Source: Acidobacteriota bacterium
GTDB lineage: Bacteria; Zixibacteria; MSB-5A5; GN15; FEB-12
Assembly: GCA_035529075.1 (NCBI GenBank)
Contig: DATKXK010000014.1
Span: 76,264 to 140,263 of the forward strand
Direction of reading: 5' to 3'
Length of the DNA stretch: 64,000 nucleotides
The notes below the pieces were generated by a model. It was not told where the DNA came from. It made no database searches and worked only from the letters and a program-made list of their open reading frames with translations. Both the position numbers and the translations under genes were made by a program. Shown here one piece after another: positions 9,066-17,518 of the stretch (the first letter of the stretch is position 1; each line of letters begins with the position of its first letter).

Positions 9066-11464
9066 AACATTTCAGACCGTTAATAGTCGCGGCAACGCTG
9101 TGTTCTCTGCCCGCCTCGGTCACTTTCGGGCGCGCGGTCGCCGATCCCGCACCCGGGCGTGAGACACCAAGCACCGCCATGGCCAGTCCGGCGTACTGCA
9201 CAGCGGCGCACAACGTGGGCAACATCGCCCTGTCGGTAACCAACTTGGGCACCTTTGGCAGCCAGTTCTCTTTTACTCAGCAGGACTGCTTCACGGGAGA
9301 ACCGGTGCCCTCGTGCGAGTACCCTAAAGGATCCAATACACGATATCTCTTCGGGGGTGCTTTCTGGATCGGCGCGATCGTCGGCACCGATACGCTCGTC
9401 TCAGTGGGGGAGGATGGCTGGCAATACTGTGCCGAGTTGCACCCTGATGAGGCTCCTTTCGGCGAAATGGTCTATCGTTCCACCGTTGACCCGACCAGTT
9501 CCGCCTATTACGGGGCTGTCTCCGAACAGGACTATATCGCCGTGTATGCGGATACCTTCACCTTCGGGGTGACGGGTTTATGTTATGACTTCATGGACGG
9601 CAGACCCCATATCCCACTAAACGTCGAGGTCACTCAGCGGTCCTACGCGTGGAGCTACCCGGTGGCTGAAGATTTTGTGCTTTTCGACTACGAGATCAGG
9701 AATATCGGTACTGAGCCGCTCAGTAAGCTCTACCTGGGTATTTACGTCGACGGTGACGTGCATTCAGAGGCTTTCAGTGGTGGCGTCGGGGCTCAGGATG
9801 ATATCTCGGGCTTCCTGCGCCGCGTCCCGGCGGAGTATCTTCCGGAGCAGTGTTCTGATAGCGACGTGGTGAACCTGGCATGGATAGCTGACAACGAAGG
9901 TGACCTGCTGCAGCCGTCAAGCCTGCACGTGCCCCACGTGACAGGCGTGAGTATTGTCCGCGCACCCACGGAGTCGCCAAATGTGTCGTTTAACTGGTGG
10001 ATCAGCAACATGGACCCGTGGATTGACTTCGGGCCCCAGGCGCGGGCGACGTATCGGGACTTCGGCACGGGTGGAATGGGGACCCCCGAAGGAGATCGAA
10101 ACAAGTATCACGTGTTGAGCAACGGCGAGATTGACTACGATCAGATCTACACGGCCAGCATCAGCGATGACGATCCGATCTGGTTGCCTCCCAACCCGTA
10201 TATTAAGGATTATCTGTCGACCGGGTTTGACACGCGTTATTTGCTCTCGTTCGGGCCGTTCGATATCGACCCCGGTCAGAGCCTGCCGCTGTCGTTTGCC
10301 TACGTAGCCGGTGAAAACCTCCACACCGTTATGGGCAATGATTACAACCTCCCGGCGGCCCCGGACGCCTATTATGAAAACCTCGACTTCTCCGACCTGG
10401 CCCGTAACGCCATCTGGGCGGACTGGATTTACGACAACCCCGGCTACGATTCTGACGACGACGGTTATGCCGGTCGGGTTGACACCTGCGTGGTCGGCGA
10501 CGATACCATCTTTACGCCGCGCAAGGGGGATGGTGTGCCGGATTTCCGGGCGGCCAGCCCGCCGCCGCCGCCGGTGGTCCGGGTCGAGCCGATCTTTGAA
10601 GGTCTGATAATCCACTGGAACGGCCACCTGTCAGAGACGGCTTTCGACGCGCTTTCTCACAACAAGGACTTTGAGGGTTACAACGCGTACCTGGCAACGA
10701 ATCAGTCAGCGTCGAGCTTTTCAAAGCTGGCTACCTACGATATCGAGGATTACCTCACCTACGTCTGGGATGACGTCATGGGATGGGAACTCTTCGGACC
10801 GCCGCGGACACTGGACGAGCTTCGATGTCATTACGCCCCCGCCGGCTGTGACGATGGACTCTGGTACCCCCTGGACTATCCCCGCACCCGCCCGCATTTG
10901 CACGATGGCACGATCATGTACTTCGAGCCGTTCGGTGCTAATGCGGCCAAGTTTGGGCTGGAGACCCCGTTCATCAAGCGGTTCGCTGACGCACTTGAGC
11001 CGCCGTACAAGCGCTCCGAAGACGTGCCGCCGGATTCCGCCAGCAAGTACCTGACCGGTGATGGTTACTTCAAGTACTACGAGTACGAATACACCATAAC
11101 CGGCTTGCTGGGGGGTGTTCCTTACTGGATTGCGGTGACGGCGTATGACTGCGGCTCCATGGCGGTGGGAGGTTCGCCGCTGGAGACCGCCCCGACCGTG
11201 AATGCGGTGAAGGGTATTCCTCTTGCGGGCGCCGGGTGCTGCAACGGGATCACCGGCAATGTAGACTGGGATGAGCATGAATTTGTCGATCTGGGCGACC
11301 TGACATTTCTGATCGATTACCTGTTTATCAGCCATACTCCGCCGGTGTGTATCGAGGAAGCCAACCTCGACGGCGACCCTGACGGGGTGGTGGATATCGC
11401 CGACCTGACGGTGCTTATCGACTACCTTTACCTGACTCAAACCCCGCCGGCGGACTGCCCGTAG
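9062..11464 (+). CDS. Family B secreted protein (B1) with a C-terminal dockerin-like module; function unknown
   Basis: ATGA start/stop overlap with D1. Signal peptide MKHFRPLIVAATLCSLPASVTFGRAVA. It is a paralogue of 25567-28299: GNIALSVTNLG/GNILTTVDNWG, DFVLFDYEIRN/DFVFVILDIAN, FEGYNAYL/FRGYKLYR, YWIAVTAYD/YWYTLVAYD. Confidence 0.8.
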   Translation: MKHFRPLIVAATLCSLPASVTFGRAVADPAPGRETPSTAMASPAYCTAAHNVGNIALSVTNLGTFGSQFSFTQQDCFTGEPVPSCEYPKGSNTRYLFGGAFWIGAIVGTDTLVSVGEDGWQYCAELHPDEAPFGEMVYRSTVDPTSSAYYGAVSEQDYIAVYADTFTFGVTGLCYDFMDGRPHIPLNVEVTQRSYAWSYPVAEDFVLFDYEIRNIGTEPLSKLYLGIYVDGDVHSEAFSGGVGAQDDISGFLRRVPAEYLPEQCSDSDVVNLAWIADNEGDLLQPSSLHVPHVTGVSIVRAPTESPNVSFNWWISNMDPWIDFGPQARATYRDFGTGGMGTPEGDRNKYHVLSNGEIDYDQIYTASISDDDPIWLPPNPYIKDYLSTGFDTRYLLSFGPFDIDPGQSLPLSFAYVAGENLHTVMGNDYNLPAAPDAYYENLDFSDLARNAIWADWIYDNPGYDSDDDGYAGRVDTCVVGDDTIFTPRKGDGVPDFRAASPPPPPVVRVEPIFEGLIIHWNGHLSETAFDALSHNKDFEGYNAYLATNQSASSFSKLATYDIEDYLTYVWDDVMGWELFGPPRTLDELRCHYAPAGCDDGLWYPLDYPRTRPHLHDGTIMYFEPFGANAAKFGLETPFIKRFADALEPPYKRSEDVPPDSASKYLTGDGYFKYYEYEYTITGLLGGVPYWIAVTAYDCGSMAVGGSPLETAPTVNAVKGIPLAGAGCCNGITGNVDWDEHEFVDLGDLTFLIDYLFISHTPPVCIEEANLDGDPDGVVDIADLTVLIDYLYLTQTPPADCP
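11234..11461 (+). other. Cys-flanked dockerin-like module at the C-terminus of B1
   Basis: GCCNGITGNVDWDEHEFVDLGDLTFLIDYLFISHTPPVCIEEANLDGDPDGVVDIADLTVLIDYLYLTQTPPADCP. It is near-identical in its core to the D1 module. Confidence 0.6.
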
Positions 11465-11480
11465 AATCTCAGGCAAAACG

Positions 11481-11511
11481 CGACCGGCGACCCTTGCGGG
11501 GCCGCCGGTCG
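11481..11511. terminator. Hairpin between convergent genes (possible bidirectional terminator)
   Basis: CGACCGGCG (11481-11489) and CGCCGGTCG (11503-11511) are perfect inverted repeats. The hairpin is followed by TATATT. Confidence 0.5.
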
Positions 11512-11548
11512 TATATTCGCCGAATCTTCCTGTTACCGGCCGTCGGGG

Positions 11549-11917
11549 CTAATTCTCAATGTATTTGCCCAGAATCTGGTTCATCCGCGAGGTCATTTTC
11601 GAGTTGGGGAATACCTCGTTGGCACCGGCGGTAAGGGCCGCCTTCATCTGATCGGCAAGCATATGCGGTGAGTAGCAGACAATCGGGATTTTGCTGGTGG
11701 CATTGTAGGAGCGCAACTTGTTGATTAGTGACGGTGCCTCAATTCCATTGAGGTTCAGGTCAATGATGATCAGATCGGGCTTCAGCTCATGAGCCTTGCT
11801 GAAAATGTCATCTGATCTTATGGCCTTGATGCCCTCCGCATCCAGTCTGTCCAGCACCGACATAATCTTGGAAGTGAATATCATGTTGTTGACAGCAATA
11901 ATTACCCGTTTGCTCAT
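11549..11917 (-). CDS. Stand-alone receiver-domain protein (CheY-like) with a degenerate acidic pocket
   Basis: REC-fold periodicity. A phospho-acceptor-like Asp is present in DLIIIDLNL. The usual N-terminal DD pair reads NN (IIAVNNM). Confidence 0.7.
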   Translation of the reverse strand: MSKRVIIAVNNMIFTSKIMSVLDRLDAEGIKAIRSDDIFSKAHELKPDLIIIDLNLNGIEAPSLINKLRSYNATSKIPIVCYSPHMLADQMKAALTAGANEVFPNSKMTSRMNQILGKYIEN

Positions 11918-11985
11918 ACCACTCCTCCCTCAAACATCAGTCTTTATGATTCACCTCTGCTGAAGGCCTGCGCTTGGAGAGACTC

Positions 11986-12014
11986 AATATACGAAAAAGT
12001 TTGCCACTTGTGAA
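11986..12014 (-). promoter_or_regulatory. Sigma-70-like promoter TTCACA-N17-TATATT for the receiver gene
   Basis: On the minus strand, TTCACA is the complement of 12009-12014 and TATATT is the complement of 11986-11991. Confidence 0.35.
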
Positions 12015-12092
12015 GAGCTTATAACAAAAAAGTCAACAAAAAACAGTTCTGGGCATTAAGACGTTTCAGCGCAAGGGGTTACCGGAACCAAT

Positions 12093-12138
12093 GCCGAGGC
12101 CGGCCTTTCGGCCGGTCCGGGATCGGCTCGCTTTTTTT
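12093..12138 (+). terminator. Orphan intrinsic-terminator-like hairpin plus T7 run with no plus-strand gene upstream
   Basis: Outer stem GCCGA/TCGGC, inner stem GGCCGGCC-TTTC-GGCCGG, then TCGC and TTTTTTT (12132-12138). Confidence 0.35.
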
Positions 12139-12388
12139 GTTGATTGGCGGGAGTTTTCGGGCAAAATCAAGGTGTGGAAAACACCGGCATACTCGCGAAA
12201 TGCACTCCGGCCCCTGTTTCTTGTGCCACAACGTCGCGGTTATTGTTACGTCGGGTCGTTGCGCCACTCTTAAGTTGTTTGCGCATTACTACTTGGGGTT
12301 TTGCAGCCCCGGCCCGGGCAGCCCTTGGGCGACCGGGAAGTGCCGTACCTGCCAGTTTTTACGGCGTACCAGAAGGTGAGGTGAACTG

Positions 12389-13303
12389 ATGTATTTCCGG
12401 CCCGCGGCTACCAGGCGATTGCTGATCCTGCTTCTTCCGTGCGTTCTGACCGCCCTTCCGGTGCTGGCTCAGAAAACGGCATCCCGCGACGGCAAAAAGA
12501 GCAACAAGGAGATCTGCATCACGTTCGATGAACTGCCGGCGGCCCGGTCCTTCGGCGAGGTGGACCGCCAGGCGGTCAACTACCTGATCCTCGATGCTCT
12601 CAAGCGGCACAAGGTCAAGGCCGCCGGATTTATAGTTGGAGAAGGGATCGAGGATTCCTTTGACATTCTCGGCCAGTGGCTCAATGACGGCCACACCCTG
12701 GGGAGTATGACTTTCACCAACCAGGATTACAACTACATCGGGATCGAGGCCTTCATCGAGGATATTCGCCGCGGCATAGCGACAATCGAGCCGATGCTCT
12801 CCGGGTTCGGGCAGAAAAAGCGGTATTTCCGGTACCCGTACCTTCATTACGGCACCACGGTCGAGGGGAAAAAGCAGGCCGCGCTTTTCCTGGCGGATCA
12901 GAACGTCGCGGTGGTCCATGCCACCGTCATCCCGGAGGATTACCTGTATAACCTGTCGCTGGACAAACTTGGCAAAGTCCCGGACTCGGCGGCCTTTGAC
13001 AAACTTCTCAACGAATACATCAACCATGTCCTGGACGAGCTGGAGCGCATGGAACGGCTGGCCCTGGATCTGGTCAAGCGGCCGGTCCGGCACATACTGC
13101 TCCTGCGCGCCAACCGGCTGAACGCCGTCTACCTCGACGAACTGCTGGGCGCCCTGGAGAACGCCGGTTACAAGTTCATCACTCTGGACCGGGCCCTTCA
13201 GGACAAGGTTTACTCGCGGCGCGAAGCTTACTACGGCCTCAAGGGCCTGGGCTACCTCGACATGATAGCCAACTCCAATCCCGACCTGCTCCCGGCGGAG
13301 TAG
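12389..13303 (+). CDS. Secreted polysaccharide deacetylase-like (NodB-fold) protein with divergent motifs
   Basis: AAGGTGAGG precedes the ATG. A signal peptide is present. ICITFDELP occupies the position of NodB motif TFDDG, and GHTLGSMT the position of the H-x-x-x-H motif. Confidence 0.5.
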   Translation: MYFRPAATRRLLILLLPCVLTALPVLAQKTASRDGKKSNKEICITFDELPAARSFGEVDRQAVNYLILDALKRHKVKAAGFIVGEGIEDSFDILGQWLNDGHTLGSMTFTNQDYNYIGIEAFIEDIRRGIATIEPMLSGFGQKKRYFRYPYLHYGTTVEGKKQAALFLADQNVAVVHATVIPEDYLYNLSLDKLGKVPDSAAFDKLLNEYINHVLDELERMERLALDLVKRPVRHILLLRANRLNAVYLDELLGALENAGYKFITLDRALQDKVYSRREAYYGLKGLGYLDMIANSNPDLLPAE

Positions 13304-13484
13304 GGCGCGGGCAGACAGTCCACGAGAGCCGGGAGCCGCTTTAATCAGGCCGGCGGTCTTTTCTCGGCCTTGCTTCGTGCGGCGCGACCCTCTGAAAAGT
13401 GATCCCCTCTCGGCCCGGATATTCGTTATAATATGGACAGGGATAAGGGCGCCTGAGTGCCCTTCCGATAGGTGTAGTATAGCC

Positions 13485-15755
13485 ATGAGAGAACAGGTCG
13501 AACTAACCGACAACGCCCTGACCGTCCTTCGTCGCCGCTACCTTCGCAGGGATAACGAGGGGCGCGTGGTCGAGACGCCGAAGGAGATGTTTCTGCGCGC
13601 GGCGCAGTTCATCGCCGAGGCCGACCGCGCTTACGGCGCTGACGACCGGCAGGTGGACCAGACCACCGTCGAGTTTTTCAACGTCATGGCGGATTTGCGT
13701 TTTCTGCCCAATTCGCCGACCCTGATGAACGCCGGCAAACCGCTCGGGCAGCTCTCGGCCTGTTTTGTCCTGCCGGTGGGCGACTCCATGGAGGAGATTT
13801 TCGAGGCCAACAAGTACGCCGCCCTGATACACAAATCCGGGGGCGGGACCGGGTTTTCATTTTCTCGCCTTCGCCCGCGCAATTCGGTGGTGGCCTCGAC
13901 TTCAGGCGTGGCCTCCGGACCGGTGTCGTTCATGAAGGTGTTCGATGCTTCGACCGAGGCGGTCAAGCAGGGGGGCACCCGGCGCGGCGCCAACATGGGC
14001 ATTCTCAGGGTGGACCACCCGGATATCCTCGAGTTCATTGCCTGCAAGGATGACCCCGGCGAGATTACCAACTTCAACATCTCCGTGGCCGTCACCGACG
14101 CTTTCATGGAGGCGCTTGCCGAGGGGCGGGATTACGCCCTGCACAATCCGCACACGGGCAAGACTCACCGTATCGACGACACAGAGGTCTGCCTGAGCGC
14201 CGCCGACGTCTGGCAGCAGATTATCGACCATGCCTGGCGTACGGGCGAGCCGGGGATCATTTTCGTCGACCGCATGAACCGGCTGAACCCGACCTCGCCG
14301 TCCGAGGTGATTGAATCGACCAACCCCTGCGGGGAGCAGCCTCTGCCGCCCTATGACTCGTGCAACCTGGGCTCGATAAACCTGGGCTGCTTTGTCAGGG
14401 ACCCGCTGCCGCCGGCCTATGACCCGGCGCATCCCGGCGACGCCGTGGACTGGGAACGCCTGGCCTCGGTCATTCATACGGCCGTGCACTTCCTTGACAA
14501 TGTCATCGACCAGAACAGGTACCCCATTTCCCTGATCGAAGATCAGACCAGGAAGAACCGCCGGATCGGCCTCGGGGTGATGGGCTGGGCGGACATGCTG
14601 GTCAGGCTCCGGTTGCCGTACAACAGCCCCCGGGCACAGGAATTCGGCGAGCAAATCATGCAGTTCATCGAGACCGAGGGCAGAAACCAGTCCTCGGAAC
14701 TGGTGCGTACTCGAGGGAAATTCCCCAACTGGGAGGGGTCGGTTTACCGGGGCGAGGAGCTGGCCATGCGCAACGCCACCGTGACGACGATTGCGCCCAC
14801 GGGGTCGATCTCGATCATTGCGGGTTGCTCCTCCGGGATCGAGCCGTATTACTCGCTGGCCTTCGAACGAAACGTCATGGACGGTACCCGGCTGACGGAG
14901 GTCAACCGGCTGTTTGAGCAGGCCGCCCGCGACGGCGGTTTCTATTCCGAGGACCTGGTGAAGCAGATTTCGTCGCGGCGCTCCATTGCCGATCTGCTTG
15001 ATATCCCCGAGGAGGTTCGGTCGCTGTTCGTGACGGCGGCCGACGTCAGCCCGGAGGATCATATTGGCATGCAGGCGGTTTTCCAGAAGCACTGCGATTC
15101 CTCGGTCTCCAAGACCATCAACTTCCCGGAAAGTGCCACCCGCGAGGACGTACGTTCTGCTTTTGAGCTGGCCTACCAGACGGGGTGCAAAGGGGCGACT
15201 ATTTACCGCGACTATTCACGCCCGGACCAGGTTCTGGCCACCTCGGCCTCGGGGGTTGATACCGCCGCGGCACCTCCCGGCGTCGGGCCGGAGCCGAGTG
15301 AGGCGGTGGCCCGAAGACCGGCTGTTCTGAGCGGTTTTACTGAAAAGATCAAGACCGGGTACGGCAACCTGTACGTGACGATCAACGTCAGGGACGGCCG
15401 GCCTTTCGAGGTCTTCGCGCAGATCGGCCGATCCGGCTACACTACTATGGCCGATACGGAGGCGATCTGCCGGCTGATATCGCTCGCCCTTCGTTCGTCG
15501 GTTCCGGTGCAGCAGATAATCAAGCAACTTCGGGGGATAGGCGGCTCGGCCCAGGTTTTCTCGGGAGGCAGCCGGGTATTCTCCATCCCGGACGCTATTG
15601 CGCAGGTGCTGCAGAAGCACTTCGGTTCCCGCCGGCCATCGGCCGGGTCATTCGAGCACGGGGAAGCGGCCGATATCTGCCCTGAGTGCGCGTCGGCCAT
15701 GAAGTTCGATGCCGGCTGTTACCTCTGCCTGTCCTGCGGTTATTCCAGCTGTTAA
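13485..15755 (+). CDS. nrdJ: Adenosylcobalamin-dependent ribonucleotide reductase (class II)
   Basis: LTDNALTVLRRRYL, FLPNSPTLMNAG, LSACFVLPV, NPCGEQPL and TIAPTGSIS motifs, plus a C-terminal Cys4 ribbon CPECASAMKFDAGCYLCLSCG. ATG 13485 is chosen over the track start at 13377. Confidence 0.9.
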   Translation: MREQVELTDNALTVLRRRYLRRDNEGRVVETPKEMFLRAAQFIAEADRAYGADDRQVDQTTVEFFNVMADLRFLPNSPTLMNAGKPLGQLSACFVLPVGDSMEEIFEANKYAALIHKSGGGTGFSFSRLRPRNSVVASTSGVASGPVSFMKVFDASTEAVKQGGTRRGANMGILRVDHPDILEFIACKDDPGEITNFNISVAVTDAFMEALAEGRDYALHNPHTGKTHRIDDTEVCLSAADVWQQIIDHAWRTGEPGIIFVDRMNRLNPTSPSEVIESTNPCGEQPLPPYDSCNLGSINLGCFVRDPLPPAYDPAHPGDAVDWERLASVIHTAVHFLDNVIDQNRYPISLIEDQTRKNRRIGLGVMGWADMLVRLRLPYNSPRAQEFGEQIMQFIETEGRNQSSELVRTRGKFPNWEGSVYRGEELAMRNATVTTIAPTGSISIIAGCSSGIEPYYSLAFERNVMDGTRLTEVNRLFEQAARDGGFYSEDLVKQISSRRSIADLLDIPEEVRSLFVTAADVSPEDHIGMQAVFQKHCDSSVSKTINFPESATREDVRSAFELAYQTGCKGATIYRDYSRPDQVLATSASGVDTAAAPPGVGPEPSEAVARRPAVLSGFTEKIKTGYGNLYVTINVRDGRPFEVFAQIGRSGYTTMADTEAICRLISLALRSSVPVQQIIKQLRGIGGSAQVFSGGSRVFSIPDAIAQVLQKHFGSRRPSAGSFEHGEAADICPECASAMKFDAGCYLCLSCGYSSC

Positions 15756-15796
15756 TTCTGCCGATATAGTAACGAACAGAGGCATTCGCTGATTTC

Positions 15797-16465
15797 GTGG
15801 TTCGTATTATGGCGGCAAGCACGTACATACCGGCGGGTCGGACGTCCATTATCAAGCGGCGTGACATTACGCTGCAAGTGCAGACCGAATACGCCCACCG
15901 CCCGTTACCGCGTATCACCACCACCATACTCGACGGTGGGAAGGTGGTGCACAAGATCGAGCGGGGGCTCGACAAGCCCATCGATTCGCTGGCCAGGCAG
16001 GAGAAGGTGGAGGAAGCCGTCAAGCGTCAGCACACGGAAGTCCTGGCCATCATCAGAAACGAGTCATCCGGAATCCCGCTTTCCGTCGGCCTGCCCTCCC
16101 GGCCGCAGAGGCGGCCGGTCACTCTCTACGACGAGTTGTGCGCCATTTCCGGCGTGCAGCACGTCTTCCGGCTGGACAACGAGGGGAACTTCGTGGGAGG
16201 TTCCACTTCTGATCAGTTTAAACGGTCGTTTGCCGAGGTTTTCAAGAACATCCGCCAGTTGATCGAGGTTTTTGTGCTCGAGCCGGGGGTCGGGGTGACC
16301 CGGGAGAAAGGCGTCTGTGAGATCGAACGCAGCCGTCTCTACCTGGCCTCGGCTGGCGCCGAGTGCTATTTCATACTGGTCAAGCCGGTCGATTTCACCA
16401 TGGACTACGAGAAGGCCATCAAGCACGTGATCGACCCGGATCCGTTCCGACCCCGGTCCGTATAA
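15797..16465 (+). CDS. Hypothetical protein; the C-terminal half may be roadblock/LC7-like
   Basis: The ORF shows coding-like periodicity directly after nrdJ. No diagnostic motif was recognised. The start may be GTG 15797 or ATG 15809. Confidence 0.5.
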   Translation: MVRIMAASTYIPAGRTSIIKRRDITLQVQTEYAHRPLPRITTTILDGGKVVHKIERGLDKPIDSLARQEKVEEAVKRQHTEVLAIIRNESSGIPLSVGLPSRPQRRPVTLYDELCAISGVQHVFRLDNEGNFVGGSTSDQFKRSFAEVFKNIRQLIEVFVLEPGVGVTREKGVCEIERSRLYLASAGAECYFILVKPVDFTMDYEKAIKHVIDPDPFRPRSV

Positions 16466-16530
16466 GGTTACCCGCAGCCGCGCCCGTCCCTATCCCGCCC
16501 GCAGCACCGATCTTTGAACGCCCCGCAGAC

Positions 16531-16564
16531 AAAAAGAGCCGCCCGTGGGGCGGCTCATACTTTT
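16531..16564. terminator. Bidirectional-looking intrinsic terminator
   Basis: AAAAA-GAGCCGCCC-GTGG-GGCGGCTC-ATACTTTT. The stem spans 16536-16556. Confidence 0.65.
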
Positions 16565-16928
16565 AACGGAGAGAGCGTCGTGATTTGAAAAACTCCCAGC
16601 TTTACACGGTAAAGGGTTTTTACAGCCACTTCCCGCATTTAGTGTTCGCTGCCGTTTCGAAAAACGGGTCACGGCGTGCACGCAGCGATGAAGAGACAAC
16701 CTTCATGGGAGAGGTGTTAGAGATTTTCAAATGACTCAACTCTCTCCGCTTTTCTCTCTACTGTTAGTATAATACGCGTATACTTTTTTAAGATGCAATA
16801 TTTTTTTTGGGTAGTTGCCACATCCGGGCCCGTTGGGTATGTTCCGTGCCAAAACGGGCTGCGGGCCGCCCCCGGCGCCGGATTACCCGTCGCGCCGCCG
16901 CCTGCCTGGCCCGCCATGTGGAGGAAAC

Positions 16929-17501
16929 ATGACTACTGACGAGATTCTGAAGCTTTTCAAAGACTCGGGGGCTTTGCTCAGCGGGCATTTCAAGCTGTCC
17001 TCGGGCCGGCATTCAGACGTCTACTACGAGAAATTCACGTTGCTGAAAAACCCCACCGTCTGCACACGGATGTGTCGTGAACTGGCTGATCAGCTTGCGG
17101 CCCTGAACGCAGACACGGTGGTCGGCCCGACAACCGGCGGGATCATCATCGCCTACGATGTTGCCAGGTACCTGGGCATCGAATCCATCTATGCCGAGCC
17201 CGGAGAGCACGGGCGGATCTTCAAACGCGGCTTCTCGCTTGCCAGGGGGCAGAAGGTGATAATCGTTGATGACGTGATGACCACCGGGCGCTCGGTCTTC
17301 GAGGTCATCGATCTGGTAAAAACGTACGAGGCCGATATCGTCGCGGTCGGCGAGTTGCTTGATCGCTCCGGGGGCACCGTCAGCCTCGACTACCCGTTCC
17401 ATCCGCTGGCTACCGTGGCGGCTGACAGCTGGGCCCCCGAAGAGTGTCCGTTGTGTGCCAGGGGAGAAGCGTTGACGCAGCGGGGGAGCAGGAAGTTCTG
17501 A
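16929..17501 (+). CDS. pyrE: Orotate phosphoribosyltransferase
   Basis: GGAGGA precedes ATG 16929. GHFKLSSGRHSDVY and the PRPP loop VIIVDDVMTTGRS are present. The track start at 16815 is rejected as an N-terminal extension. Confidence 0.9.
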   Translation: MTTDEILKLFKDSGALLSGHFKLSSGRHSDVYYEKFTLLKNPTVCTRMCRELADQLAALNADTVVGPTTGGIIIAYDVARYLGIESIYAEPGEHGRIFKRGFSLARGQKVIIVDDVMTTGRSVFEVIDLVKTYEADIVAVGELLDRSGGTVSLDYPFHPLATVAADSWAPEECPLCARGEALTQRGSRKF

Positions 17502-17518
17502 GGGGCGCTCTGGGGCGG

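Noticed and set aside
13304-13484. Looked for a cobalamin riboswitch or NrdR box upstream of nrdJ
   Set aside because: I could not recognise a B12-box or the NrdR palindrome. Only a TATAAT-like hexamer (ttataat near 13424-13430) is visible.
13902-15092. 396-aa minus-strand ORF
   Set aside because: It is antisense to nrdJ and is a shadow ORF.
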